A stretch of DNA of 64,000 nt, taken from the NCBI GenBank assembly GCA_050287085.1, contig JBNKBE010000005.1, positions 64,001-128,000 on the forward strand, given 5' to 3'. Origin of the DNA: Polyangiaceae bacterium (GTDB lineage: Bacteria > Myxococcota_A > Polyangia > Polyangiales > Polyangiaceae). How positions within the stretch are numbered: the first letter of the stretch is position 1; the number at the start of each line of letters is the position of its first letter. A program made the position numbers and the translations under genes. A model generated the notes under the pieces. It made no database searches. It had not been told where the DNA came from and saw only the letters and a list, made by a program, of their open reading frames with translations. Shown piece by piece: positions 39,989-48,824 of this stretch.

Positions 39989-42112
39989 ATGCCGCACTTT
40001 CCGGTCTCCGCCCCTCGCTCCCTGAACGCGCTTGGACAACGAATCGAAACGACGTTGTCGCTGCGACGTAGCAGCGAAGTGCAGACGGCGCTGGAGTTGC
40101 GCCAGGCACGCTCTTCAGCACAGGCTGAAGCGCTGGCAGCGCACGTGTTGCTGGACCTCGGGTTCGACGCCAGCTCCGTGACGGTGGCGATTTTGCTGCC
40201 AGTGCTGGCACCTGCCGAAGCATTTCCGACGGGGACGGACGCCGCCACGTTGGAGCTGGCCGATAGCGTGCGCCGGCTGGAGCAGATCCGCTGGCAGTCC
40301 GCAGACGAGCAGGCCGCCGAGACATTGCGCCGCATGTTCATCGCCCTAGCGAGAGATCTTCGCGCGGTGGTGCTACTTCTGGCCCTGCGCGCTGAAGCTC
40401 TCGGTCGCCCTGAGCCGGACGATACCCCCGACGAGATAGCTCGTCAGCTGGGCCAGGAAACACTCGACGTCTATGCCCCGCTCGCCAACCGCTTGGGCAT
40501 TTGGCAGCTCAAGTGGGAACTGGAAAACCGCGCCCTGGCCCGGGTGGATCCCGCCGGATATCAGCGCATCATCGACCTGCTCGCGCAAACCCAAGAGCAA
40601 CGGGACGGCTATATTCAGCGGGTGGTTGCGGCCCTCCAGAATCATCTTGCTACCTGTGGCCTCGACTACGATCTAAGTGGGCGCTCCAAGCACGTCTTCA
40701 GCATCTACAAAAAGATGCTGAAGAAACAGGTGGATTTCGGACAGCTCTATGACGTCAGTGCGGTGCGCATCTTGGTGCCGGCAGTGGCTGACTGCTACGC
40801 AATTCTTGGGCTTGTGCACAGCTTGTGGTCGCCGCTTCCTGGACACTTCAAGGACTACATCGCCATGCCCAAAGCCAATGGCTACCAATCCTTGCACACC
40901 GTGGTCATGGCACTCGAAGGTCGCGTTCTGGAAGTTCAGATTCGCACCCGGACCATGCATGAACTGGCTGAACAGGGTATCGCAGCCCATTGGGCCTACA
41001 AGGAGCAGAAATCGGTCGACGATAGCACGTCGAGATTCCTGTCGCTGCGCAAACTCCTGGCATGGGAAGAACTCGGAACCCAAAGCGCCGAGTTCTCGAA
41101 CCAACTGAGTACGGACCTATTCGAAGACCAGGTCTACGTCTTCACGCCCAAGGGTGATGTCCTGGCATTGCCGAAAGGAGCCACCCCCCTCGACTTCGCC
41201 TATCGCGTGCACACGGAGGTGGGACACCGTTGTCGTGGCGCACGCGTCAACGATCAGATCGTCGCCCTCGACTACACGCTGCGCAATGGTGATCGCGTCG
41301 CCGTTCTCACGCAAAAAGAGAGCCGGCCGCGTCAGGATTGGCTCAATGAGAGTTTTGGCTTCCTCAGAACCGCCGGGGCTCGGGCCAAGGTTCGGCAGTG
41401 GTTCAAGGAGCAGGGTCGCGAGGCGGCGACGCGTACCGGCAAAGAGATGGTCGAACGCGAACTCAATCGCCTGGATCTTCAGAGCACGACCCTCCCCGAG
41501 GTAGTTGCCGCCCTGCGTTATGAATCGGCAGAAGACTTGTTTCGTGCAGTAGGCCAGGGGGATAAACGCCTGCCAGCAGTCACTCGCATGGCACTCGAAC
41601 TCGAGCGGGCCAGCGCCGCTCCGGAATTGCCGCCGAGCGTCCCGCCCCCAGCCCGCTCAGCGATTCCAGCCGGAATATCGCTCGAGTCGATCGACGGTAT
41701 TGCGGGCAACCGTGCCGGCTGCTGCCTTGCTGTTCCCGGCGACGACGTCATCGGATTCATTACGCGCGGCCGCGGTGTTACGGTGCACCGGCGCGACTGC
41801 GCTCAGATCCGTGAAACACAAGAACCGGAGCGGCTGGTGGAGATCTCCTGGGGCACGCGCGGCGCGGAGCGTTTCGAAGTGGACCTCGACGTCGTCGCCT
41901 ACGCGCGCCCCAACTTGATCGCGGACCTATGTCATGTGGCCGGGCAAGCGGGGGCGGAAGTGGTCAGCGCTCGGGCCCAAGGGAAAGCGGGAAATGCGCC
42001 GCACGTCTTGCTTGGACTCAAGCTAGTCAGTGCGGAGCAACTCACACATGTACTTGGACGGCTATCTACACTCAGCTACGTGCAGAGTGTCCGGCGCCAC
42101 CATCGCGGGTGA
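39989..42112 (+). CDS. relA: Long RSH (p)ppGpp synthetase, RelA-type with a degenerate hydrolase domain
   Basis: APLANRLGIWQLKWELE, GRSKHVFSIYKKM, KDYIAMPKANGYQSLHT, EVQIRT, AAHWAYK. TGS (VFTPKG, DFAYRVH), CC..PGD zinc finger and ACT-like end. No HD motif. Confidence 0.85.
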   Translation: MPHFPVSAPRSLNALGQRIETTLSLRRSSEVQTALELRQARSSAQAEALAAHVLLDLGFDASSVTVAILLPVLAPAEAFPTGTDAATLELADSVRRLEQIRWQSADEQAAETLRRMFIALARDLRAVVLLLALRAEALGRPEPDDTPDEIARQLGQETLDVYAPLANRLGIWQLKWELENRALARVDPAGYQRIIDLLAQTQEQRDGYIQRVVAALQNHLATCGLDYDLSGRSKHVFSIYKKMLKKQVDFGQLYDVSAVRILVPAVADCYAILGLVHSLWSPLPGHFKDYIAMPKANGYQSLHTVVMALEGRVLEVQIRTRTMHELAEQGIAAHWAYKEQKSVDDSTSRFLSLRKLLAWEELGTQSAEFSNQLSTDLFEDQVYVFTPKGDVLALPKGATPLDFAYRVHTEVGHRCRGARVNDQIVALDYTLRNGDRVAVLTQKESRPRQDWLNESFGFLRTAGARAKVRQWFKEQGREAATRTGKEMVERELNRLDLQSTTLPEVVAALRYESAEDLFRAVGQGDKRLPAVTRMALELERASAAPELPPSVPPPARSAIPAGISLESIDGIAGNRAGCCLAVPGDDVIGFITRGRGVTVHRRDCAQIRETQEPERLVEISWGTRGAERFEVDLDVVAYARPNLIADLCHVAGQAGAEVVSARAQGKAGNAPHVLLGLKLVSAEQLTHVLGRLSTLSYVQSVRRHHRG

Positions 42113-42122
42113 GAGCAGCACA

Positions 42123-43133
42123 CTACTTGATCGTACCACTGAGCTCCAACATAGCCAAGATGCTGCGCTCCGCGCGCTGACGCAGATCCTCGTCCATCAC
42201 CAGCTCCGGCTGCATGTCACGCAGGGCAAGATACACCTTCTCGGGGGTATTCAAGCGCATGAAGGGGCACTCATTGCATGCGCAAGTATCCTCCTCGGGA
42301 GGAGCCGGGATTAGCTCCTTGCCGGGAGCTCGCTTCCGCATCTCGTGCAAGATGCCGGGCTCGGTGGCCACGATGAACTGCTCGGAGTTGTCGTTCTCGA
42401 CAAATCGGAGCAGGGCAGCGGTCGATCCAATGAAGTCAGCCATGTCGAGAAGGGGCTCCTCACACTCGGGGTGCGCGATAACCTTAGCGAGGGGATGGCT
42501 GATCTTCAACGCGTGAAGCTTCTTCTGGCTAAACGTTTCATGGACAATGCAACTGCCCTGCCATAGGTGCATCGAGCGCCCCGTCTGCTTCATCACATAA
42601 CGTCCGAGGTTTTGGTCGGGAGCAAATAGCAGTGGCCTGTCCTTTGGCATTTGTTCCACGATCGCAACGGCGTTGCTACTGGTTACGATGTAGTCGCTCA
42701 GTGCCTTTACCTCCGCCGTACAGTTGATATAGGACAGCGTAATGGCGCCAGGAAACTGCGACTGCCAGGCGCGAAACTCGTCGGCTTTGCAACCGTCCGC
42801 CAACGAACACCCGGCCTTCATGTCGGGCACGAGCACCGTACGCCCTGGATTGAGAATCTTGGCGGTCTCGGCCATGAAGTGCACCCCCGCAAACAAGATC
42901 ACGTCCGCTTCGGTTTCTTGCGCTTTGCGCGCTAGCTGCAGCGAGTCCCCGATGAAGTCCGCGAGGTCTTGAATCTCGCTCTCTTGATAGTAGTGAGCTA
43001 GCAAGACAGCATTGCGCTCCTCTTTCAAACGCAATATCTCACGGTCCAGGTCCAGACTGGTGAGCGCTGGATCGACGGTTGTCGCGGGCGAGACCAGGGG
43101 CAACGAACGAGATGGGTCAACCATAGTGCCCAC
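42123..43133 (-). CDS. nadA: Quinolinate synthase
   Basis: LAHYYQ, GDSL, GVHFMAE, AGCSLAD, TSSN, CIVH, HPEC, CPFM, including the three cluster cysteines. Confidence 0.96.
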   Translation of the reverse strand: MGTMVDPSRSLPLVSPATTVDPALTSLDLDREILRLKEERNAVLLAHYYQESEIQDLADFIGDSLQLARKAQETEADVILFAGVHFMAETAKILNPGRTVLVPDMKAGCSLADGCKADEFRAWQSQFPGAITLSYINCTAEVKALSDYIVTSSNAVAIVEQMPKDRPLLFAPDQNLGRYVMKQTGRSMHLWQGSCIVHETFSQKKLHALKISHPLAKVIAHPECEEPLLDMADFIGSTAALLRFVENDNSEQFIVATEPGILHEMRKRAPGKELIPAPPEEDTCACNECPFMRLNTPEKVYLALRDMQPELVMDEDLRQRAERSILAMLELSGTIK

Positions 43134-43174
43134 CTTTTAGCGCGCCTCCCGGGACAGGCGAACAAAAAGCGCCC

Positions 43175-46100
43175 ATGGCCAAAGCTCACGGGAGCAACTC
43201 GGCGTTGCGAAAGCAGCGAACCGTGTACACTGCAACGATGGTTGCTTGTTCGTTGCGTCCTGACCGCAACGGTCCCGCGCGGAAAGGACGCCCGCCGGAC
43301 CCGCGCGGCGCGAGCTACAGGTCGCGGTGCGCCGCCCTATTCCTGATCGGACACCTTCGCTCCGGCACTATCGCTGCCGCTGCGCTCGTCCTGCTACCCG
43401 CGTGTGGACCTGGGCTACGAGGGACGGCTTCAGAAAGCCTCGCCCCCCATGGCGTCCTGGTGACGGAAGACGCGACGACCTGGCCCGCGCAAGCGTACCC
43501 CAGCCTCGAACAAGACGTCACGGATTCATCAGGTGACGGAACCCGGCGTTGGCTCAACCACGGCGAACGTCTGGAACATACTCCCGGACGGCTTCCCACT
43601 CGGGCACACCAACGGCTTCCCGCCGAAGACTATGCCGTCCTTCCATTGCCAGCGCACCTTGGGGGCGGCTTTCTTTTCGGCACCCTCAGCCGTCCGAGCC
43701 GGCTCTGGCACGCCTCCTCGTGGACGGCGCCGCTGCACGCCATCGCCACCGCAACCCAGGCGATGACCCATTGGTTTGCTAGCTTCAATCACGTCTTGTT
43801 GAACGTCGAGGGCGATCTCTTCGAGCTTCAGCCAGACTCTTGGCAAATCGTACCCGCAACGCACATTCCAGCAGCGCCAACCCTGCAGGAATTCGTGGCG
43901 ATTGACGACTTCTTCGGCGCCGCGACCACACCCCCACTTGGCATTCAGGTAACGTTCGATGCTGGAAACAGCTGGAGCTTGCTCTCCGATGCACGTACCG
44001 TCGGTGCCAAGCTCGATCGCGAAGGTCAATGGCTCACCTTCGCCACGGAAAAGCATCGCGTTCTGCTGGCGCGAAGTGGACGCATGTGGGAAGCGCCACC
44101 ATCACCTCCCGAGGTGAACGTGGGAGGGGGTCCCATATCCGAAGCGTCCCGAAGAGCCCACGTCCAATCGGAAAGCGCAGCATTTCCCCTCGGACGCGAT
44201 CCGCTTGCGACCCTATTGAGCAACGGGCTGCCACTGCGTAATCGTCGGGCCCTCGGATACCTGGGAGGCACGCTCGGAATCGTGAACCTGACCACAGGCA
44301 CTCTTACGAGACACCGCCATGACTCAAAACTGGCGACCAAGGACTGCAGGCTGATCAACTGGTCCAACGCGGCAGGCTTGTACTGTTTGGATGCAGAAAC
44401 AAGTCTCTACCGCATCGACCGGAACCTGACTCCACGCTTCGTCCGGCGCTTCCCGACGCAGCGAGCCTTGCTATCGGCTAACGAGTTGGGCCTTACGCTG
44501 AGCGGTGGCTGCAGCTCGGCGCGCGGCAGCAAGCTCTTTGCCCACATCGCGCCCGGCGGCGCTTGCTGGCAGTACCAACCCCACACCCCTGAGGCAGCGC
44601 AGGGCCGAAGCGGAGTCAGCGTGGCAAGTTCCGACGACGGGCAATTCTGGGTGTTGTCCGCTCCCACGGACGACACGAGCGGCACGCTCGAACACTTCAA
44701 GGAAGGTCAGCTCGAGGAGGTCGCGTTGGTCTGGAACGGCGCGTTCAACCGCCAGCTCGCCCAGAAGGGCACCTGGCTCCCGTCGCTACAACTCCTTTCC
44801 GACGGCAGAGTTGGTACGTGGGCGGTTCAGCAGAACCGTTATGCCGGCATGGTCGTCGGCGCCGATGGACGAGTCCAAGTTCATCCAGTGGATCGCGAAG
44901 CTTCGGAAACCACATTTCAAGGCAAGATCGCCGTGCACGCCTCTGCCTTGAGCGGAGCGGTCGCCATCAGTACCGACCTTGGGGCAACGTTTCGAACACT
45001 CGAGCCTCTCAGAGCCGACAACAGCCGAAGCGATGTGCCGCCGGAGCGAGCTTGGTGTTCGCTCGTCGGATGCGAGGTTGGTGGAATCCGCATTCTTGGC
45101 TATGGGATCGACGACGACGCCGTTGTGCCTGCGCCGGATCCTCCCCCGCTATCACTGCGTCCAACCCGCTATGACGACTGGCGTTTTGACTGCAGTGCGC
45201 AGCCGCCCATCGCATCCCCCCATCGGCCACCGCCAAACTCTCCGGCCTCGCGGACGCGTTTCGCCGTGGGTTTCGGGCCCTCCACACAACCCCTCGGCTC
45301 CTTCGAGGGAGCCCCGCCGGCCGCGGATTTCCAGGCCCGTGCCGGACTGCCCCCCCCTCGCGTCGACGCCAGCCTACGGCTTGCCCGGCATAGCGTAGTC
45401 CCCACTCACTACTCGGCCTTTGCCTGGGCCCCTTCCCCCGCAACCTGGCGCAGCGACGCAGAGTGGCGTATTCAGGTAGCCGATCCGTTCAGCGAATCCA
45501 GTTGGCAAACAGCGAGCAGCATGGTGCCCTGGTGGAGTCCAGAGCAGGCTCATGGCATCATGGGTAGTGACCAGCTGCGTACTCCGCGTTGGTCGTTGGA
45601 GCTCAGCACAACGGAAGCGGGTGGCCTGCTGCTCACGGGCGATCTCCGCCATGCTCAGCTTCACGTTCTAGAGCCCAACAAGCCGATTCGGAGTTTTGCA
45701 GATGTCGAAGGCTTCGACATGTCGGGCGCCGCACGCCTCGATGAACGCTGGTACTTCGGGCGCCAGCAAGGGTCGGCGTTTCACATCTTTCGATTGGAGG
45801 CGCAGGGCCCAGCGGAAATCCGAATCTTGGAACTCGGCAATCCACAACACCATGCCCAATTGATAGGTGCCGCCGATGGCTCACAGTTGGCGCTCCGGGT
45901 CCGTGCACAACAGGGCCATTGGTACGTATTCGCCCTGGGCGACGACCTCGAGATAGTCGCCCAACGACACTATGTCCCTTCTCAGTTGGATGCGCCCCCC
46001 AAGCCCTGCGTGGGGCCGCCGCTCGGATTTGTTTCGGTGGAATCAGTACCCTTGATGGGTACTTACACGACGCTGCTGGCGCCGCGCCTTCGAGGCGTCT

Positions 46101-46318
46101 CGCCGGGTCACTTCGAAGGCCAACTCTTTGCACGCGTGGAGCTGCGCGAAAAGGAAATCTGCCTCACAGCGCTTTCCGCACGGACGTCATCGCTGCCCAA
46201 TGACTCAGCGCAAGGGCCTAGTGCCGGCATTCCACTCATCCTGCGCGAACAACAGCGCGGCCGGACCAAGTCATACCGATGCACCGCAGCCACGCGCGGA
46301 CGAACCTTGGAGCCATAG
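43175..46318 (+). CDS. Large hypothetical lipoprotein (beta-rich)
   Basis: 1047-aa ORF with an internal lipobox (VLLPAC), so the true start is probably downstream. BNR-like T.DAG.SW and STDLGATF motifs. Confidence 0.65.
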   Translation: MAKAHGSNSALRKQRTVYTATMVACSLRPDRNGPARKGRPPDPRGASYRSRCAALFLIGHLRSGTIAAAALVLLPACGPGLRGTASESLAPHGVLVTEDATTWPAQAYPSLEQDVTDSSGDGTRRWLNHGERLEHTPGRLPTRAHQRLPAEDYAVLPLPAHLGGGFLFGTLSRPSRLWHASSWTAPLHAIATATQAMTHWFASFNHVLLNVEGDLFELQPDSWQIVPATHIPAAPTLQEFVAIDDFFGAATTPPLGIQVTFDAGNSWSLLSDARTVGAKLDREGQWLTFATEKHRVLLARSGRMWEAPPSPPEVNVGGGPISEASRRAHVQSESAAFPLGRDPLATLLSNGLPLRNRRALGYLGGTLGIVNLTTGTLTRHRHDSKLATKDCRLINWSNAAGLYCLDAETSLYRIDRNLTPRFVRRFPTQRALLSANELGLTLSGGCSSARGSKLFAHIAPGGACWQYQPHTPEAAQGRSGVSVASSDDGQFWVLSAPTDDTSGTLEHFKEGQLEEVALVWNGAFNRQLAQKGTWLPSLQLLSDGRVGTWAVQQNRYAGMVVGADGRVQVHPVDREASETTFQGKIAVHASALSGAVAISTDLGATFRTLEPLRADNSRSDVPPERAWCSLVGCEVGGIRILGYGIDDDAVVPAPDPPPLSLRPTRYDDWRFDCSAQPPIASPHRPPPNSPASRTRFAVGFGPSTQPLGSFEGAPPAADFQARAGLPPPRVDASLRLARHSVVPTHYSAFAWAPSPATWRSDAEWRIQVADPFSESSWQTASSMVPWWSPEQAHGIMGSDQLRTPRWSLELSTTEAGGLLLTGDLRHAQLHVLEPNKPIRSFADVEGFDMSGAARLDERWYFGRQQGSAFHIFRLEAQGPAEIRILELGNPQHHAQLIGAADGSQLALRVRAQQGHWYVFALGDDLEIVAQRHYVPSQLDAPPKPCVGPPLGFVSVESVPLMGTYTTLLAPRLRGVSPGHFEGQLFARVELREKEICLTALSARTSSLPNDSAQGPSAGIPLILREQQRGRTKSYRCTAATRGRTLEP

Positions 46319-46367
46319 CGCCCCTGAAGCGAGCACAGCAGCCCCGCCGCCCCACTCAGCTCAGCGC

Positions 46368-47174
46368 CTAGCTCAACTCGTCAGCACGCGCTGTTGCGTC
46401 GATTACGGCGTGCATCACCGCGGCGCGAAAGCCCCCCTCCTCGAGCGCGCGCACGCCATGAATGGTTGTCCCCCCCGGACTGGTCACCAAGTCTTTGAAC
46501 ACCGCCGGATGCCCATCCTGCTGCTGCACCCACTGCGCCGCTCCGAGGACCGTCTGCTTGGCGAGCTGCAACGCCATGGCGCGTGGCAACCCAGCGTGAA
46601 CACCACCGTCAGCCAGTGCCTCAATGAATAACATCACGTAGGCCGGACCACTTCCGGACAACCCAGTAACGGCGTTCATGTACTGTTCACCGACGACAAC
46701 GACTTGCCCCACCGCTGAGAATATTGCCGCAATCTCAATCTGCAAGGCTTCGGAAACGCCCTCTCCAAAGGCCAGCGCGCTCATACCCGCCCCGACCAGT
46801 GCAGGTGTGTTGGGCATCACCCTCACAACTGGAATGCGCCCCAAAGACCACTCACCCAGGGACGCTAGCGACACCCCCGCACACAAGCTGACCAGGACCT
46901 GCCCGGAACGCAGCCGACTCGAGATACTCGACACTACATCGCGAGACACCTGCGGCTTAACCGCCAGAACTACGATATCAGAGCGTTCCACGACGGCAAG
47001 ATTGTCCTCCTCCACATTGCTGCCCCCTATGAGTGCCGAAAGGGCCTCCCGACGCGCCGCTGACGGGTCACTTGCACACAGAGCCCCCGGGGCTCGCCCT
47101 GACCGGCACAGACCCGCCAAGATCGCCGATGCCATGTTTCCCCCGCCAATGAAACCAATTCGAAAGTCACCCAT
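46368..47174 (-). CDS. proC: Pyrroline-5-carboxylate reductase
   Basis: IGFIGGGNMA, LAVKPQ, RVMPNTP, SGSGPAY, VTSPGGTT. Confidence 0.96.
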   Translation of the reverse strand: MGDFRIGFIGGGNMASAILAGLCRSGRAPGALCASDPSAARREALSALIGGSNVEEDNLAVVERSDIVVLAVKPQVSRDVVSSISSRLRSGQVLVSLCAGVSLASLGEWSLGRIPVVRVMPNTPALVGAGMSALAFGEGVSEALQIEIAAIFSAVGQVVVVGEQYMNAVTGLSGSGPAYVMLFIEALADGGVHAGLPRAMALQLAKQTVLGAAQWVQQQDGHPAVFKDLVTSPGGTTIHGVRALEEGGFRAAVMHAVIDATARADELS

Positions 47175-47212
47175 TACGCAAGCTCCTTTGCTCACCCCGC
47201 ACGGGGTGACGC

Positions 47213-48298
47213 CTAAAACCAATCCCGAATTCGCTCAAACACGCCACGTTCACGGCTTTCGAGTTCAGACCCCAACTGTCGAATCTTGGCGCGCTGCTCA
47301 TCATTGCGGGCCGTCGGCACGGTCACCTTGAGCTCAACCCAATGGTCTCCTACGCCAGATCGATAGCGATGCTCCACTCCAGCACGCCGAATACGCAGAC
47401 GGTCGCCGTGCTGAGCCCCGGCTGGGATTCGCAGCACAGTCTCGCCGCGAAGAGTCGAAACGTTCAACTCCGTGCCGCGAGCGGCCTGACTGAACGATAA
47501 CGTCGCCTGCGAAACGATATCGTCCTCCTCCCGACGAAAGTCAGGATGCGCGCCAACACGAATGACCAGGGTCATGTCACCCCGAGGCCCCCCGGGCACG
47601 GCTCGATCGCCAACGCCGATGATCTCCTGGCTGGCACCGTCCTCGACTCCAGGTGGAACGGCAACAGAGAGCCGGTGTGCTCGTCGCACCAGACCACGTC
47701 CCGCGCAATGTGCGCAGGGCGTTTCATAAGAGGCACCGGTCCCGTGACAGGTAGGACATGGCTGAGAGCCCAAAGACACCCCCAGGAGCGGCGCGACCAA
47801 GTCGAGCCGGCCTCGACCACCGCAGGTAGGACAACGCCGTGAGTGGGTGCCCGGTTCGGCACCACTCCCCTCGCAGCGTTCGCAGTCTTCCATCCGCTCG
47901 TAGCGTACTTCTTTGGTACACCCCAGAGCCGCCTCGACAAACTCGAGCTCGATGACGTGACTGACAGCCGCAGCGTCCGCTGACCGCCTGCGACCGGCGG
48001 AGGAGAAGACCTGACCGAATAGCTCCTCCAGATCGACCCCTGTCGGTGGACCCCACGCCCCGCCCGGCGGTGCACCACTCTGCCCAAAGCGGTCGAAGTG
48101 AGCACGTCGCTCCTCATTCGAGAGTAACTGGAAGGCCGCGTTAACCTCCTTAAAGCGCTCCTGAGCGCCCGGATCGTCTGGGTGTAGGTCTGGGTGGTTC
48201 TCGCGCGCCAAACGCCGGAATGCGTTCCGTATCTGCTCCTCACTCGCACCGCGAGGCACACCTAGAACTCGATACGGATCCGACACGGGACGGGTCAT
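47213..48298 (-). CDS. dnaJ: DnaJ (Hsp40) chaperone, class A architecture
   Basis: J-domain with HPD, four CxxCxGxG motifs and a C-terminal domain. Not adjacent to dnaK, so possibly a paralog. Confidence 0.85.
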   Translation of the reverse strand: MTRPVSDPYRVLGVPRGASEEQIRNAFRRLARENHPDLHPDDPGAQERFKEVNAAFQLLSNEERRAHFDRFGQSGAPPGGAWGPPTGVDLEELFGQVFSSAGRRRSADAAAVSHVIELEFVEAALGCTKEVRYERMEDCERCEGSGAEPGTHSRRCPTCGGRGRLDLVAPLLGVSLGSQPCPTCHGTGASYETPCAHCAGRGLVRRAHRLSVAVPPGVEDGASQEIIGVGDRAVPGGPRGDMTLVIRVGAHPDFRREEDDIVSQATLSFSQAARGTELNVSTLRGETVLRIPAGAQHGDRLRIRRAGVEHRYRSGVGDHWVELKVTVPTARNDEQRAKIRQLGSELESRERGVFERIRDWF

Positions 48299-48371
48299 AG
48301 CAATGGACATCCTGGTCGAAAAGCCCTGGTCGCCAGCGGCGCACCTCTCAGAATCGCGCTACAGTCACCCG

Positions 48372-48752
48372 ATGGCCGCAGAGTCGCTGCAACAAGAGAC
48401 GAAAGCGATCGAGCTGAACGTTGAATATCAACAGATGAACGCCTTTTTCGCTGACTATGCGCGAAATATTTCTCGCGGGGGCAGTTTCATCGCTACGGCA
48501 ACTCCCCTTGGTATCGGTACGGAGTTCCGTTTTTCTTTGCACGTGCCCCAGCTAGCGGAGCCACTCCGCTTCCACGGCACGGTCATGTGGGTCACCGTCG
48601 AAGCGGAAGCATCGCCCGGCAATCCGGCAGGAATGGGCATCGAGATTCGGCCCTTGGACGAGGCCGGACATCAGAAGCAGCGCCACGACATCGAAGCGTT
48701 GATGTACGACGAATTGGGACCGCAGCTCACCGCCCGGCTCCTCGGATTGTGA
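48372..48752 (+). CDS. Myxobacterial PilZ-domain protein (TIGR02266-like)
   Basis: FFADYARNISRGGSFIAT..PL.IGT, G.VMW, PAGMGI. Confidence 0.85.
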   Translation: MAAESLQQETKAIELNVEYQQMNAFFADYARNISRGGSFIATATPLGIGTEFRFSLHVPQLAEPLRFHGTVMWVTVEAEASPGNPAGMGIEIRPLDEAGHQKQRHDIEALMYDELGPQLTARLLGL

Positions 48753-48824
48753 CTCCTCGTTGACCCCCGACGAAGCGAGGCCGAACCGCCCGGCTCTGGC
48801 GGGGTGCTGTCGGGCCGACTCGCT

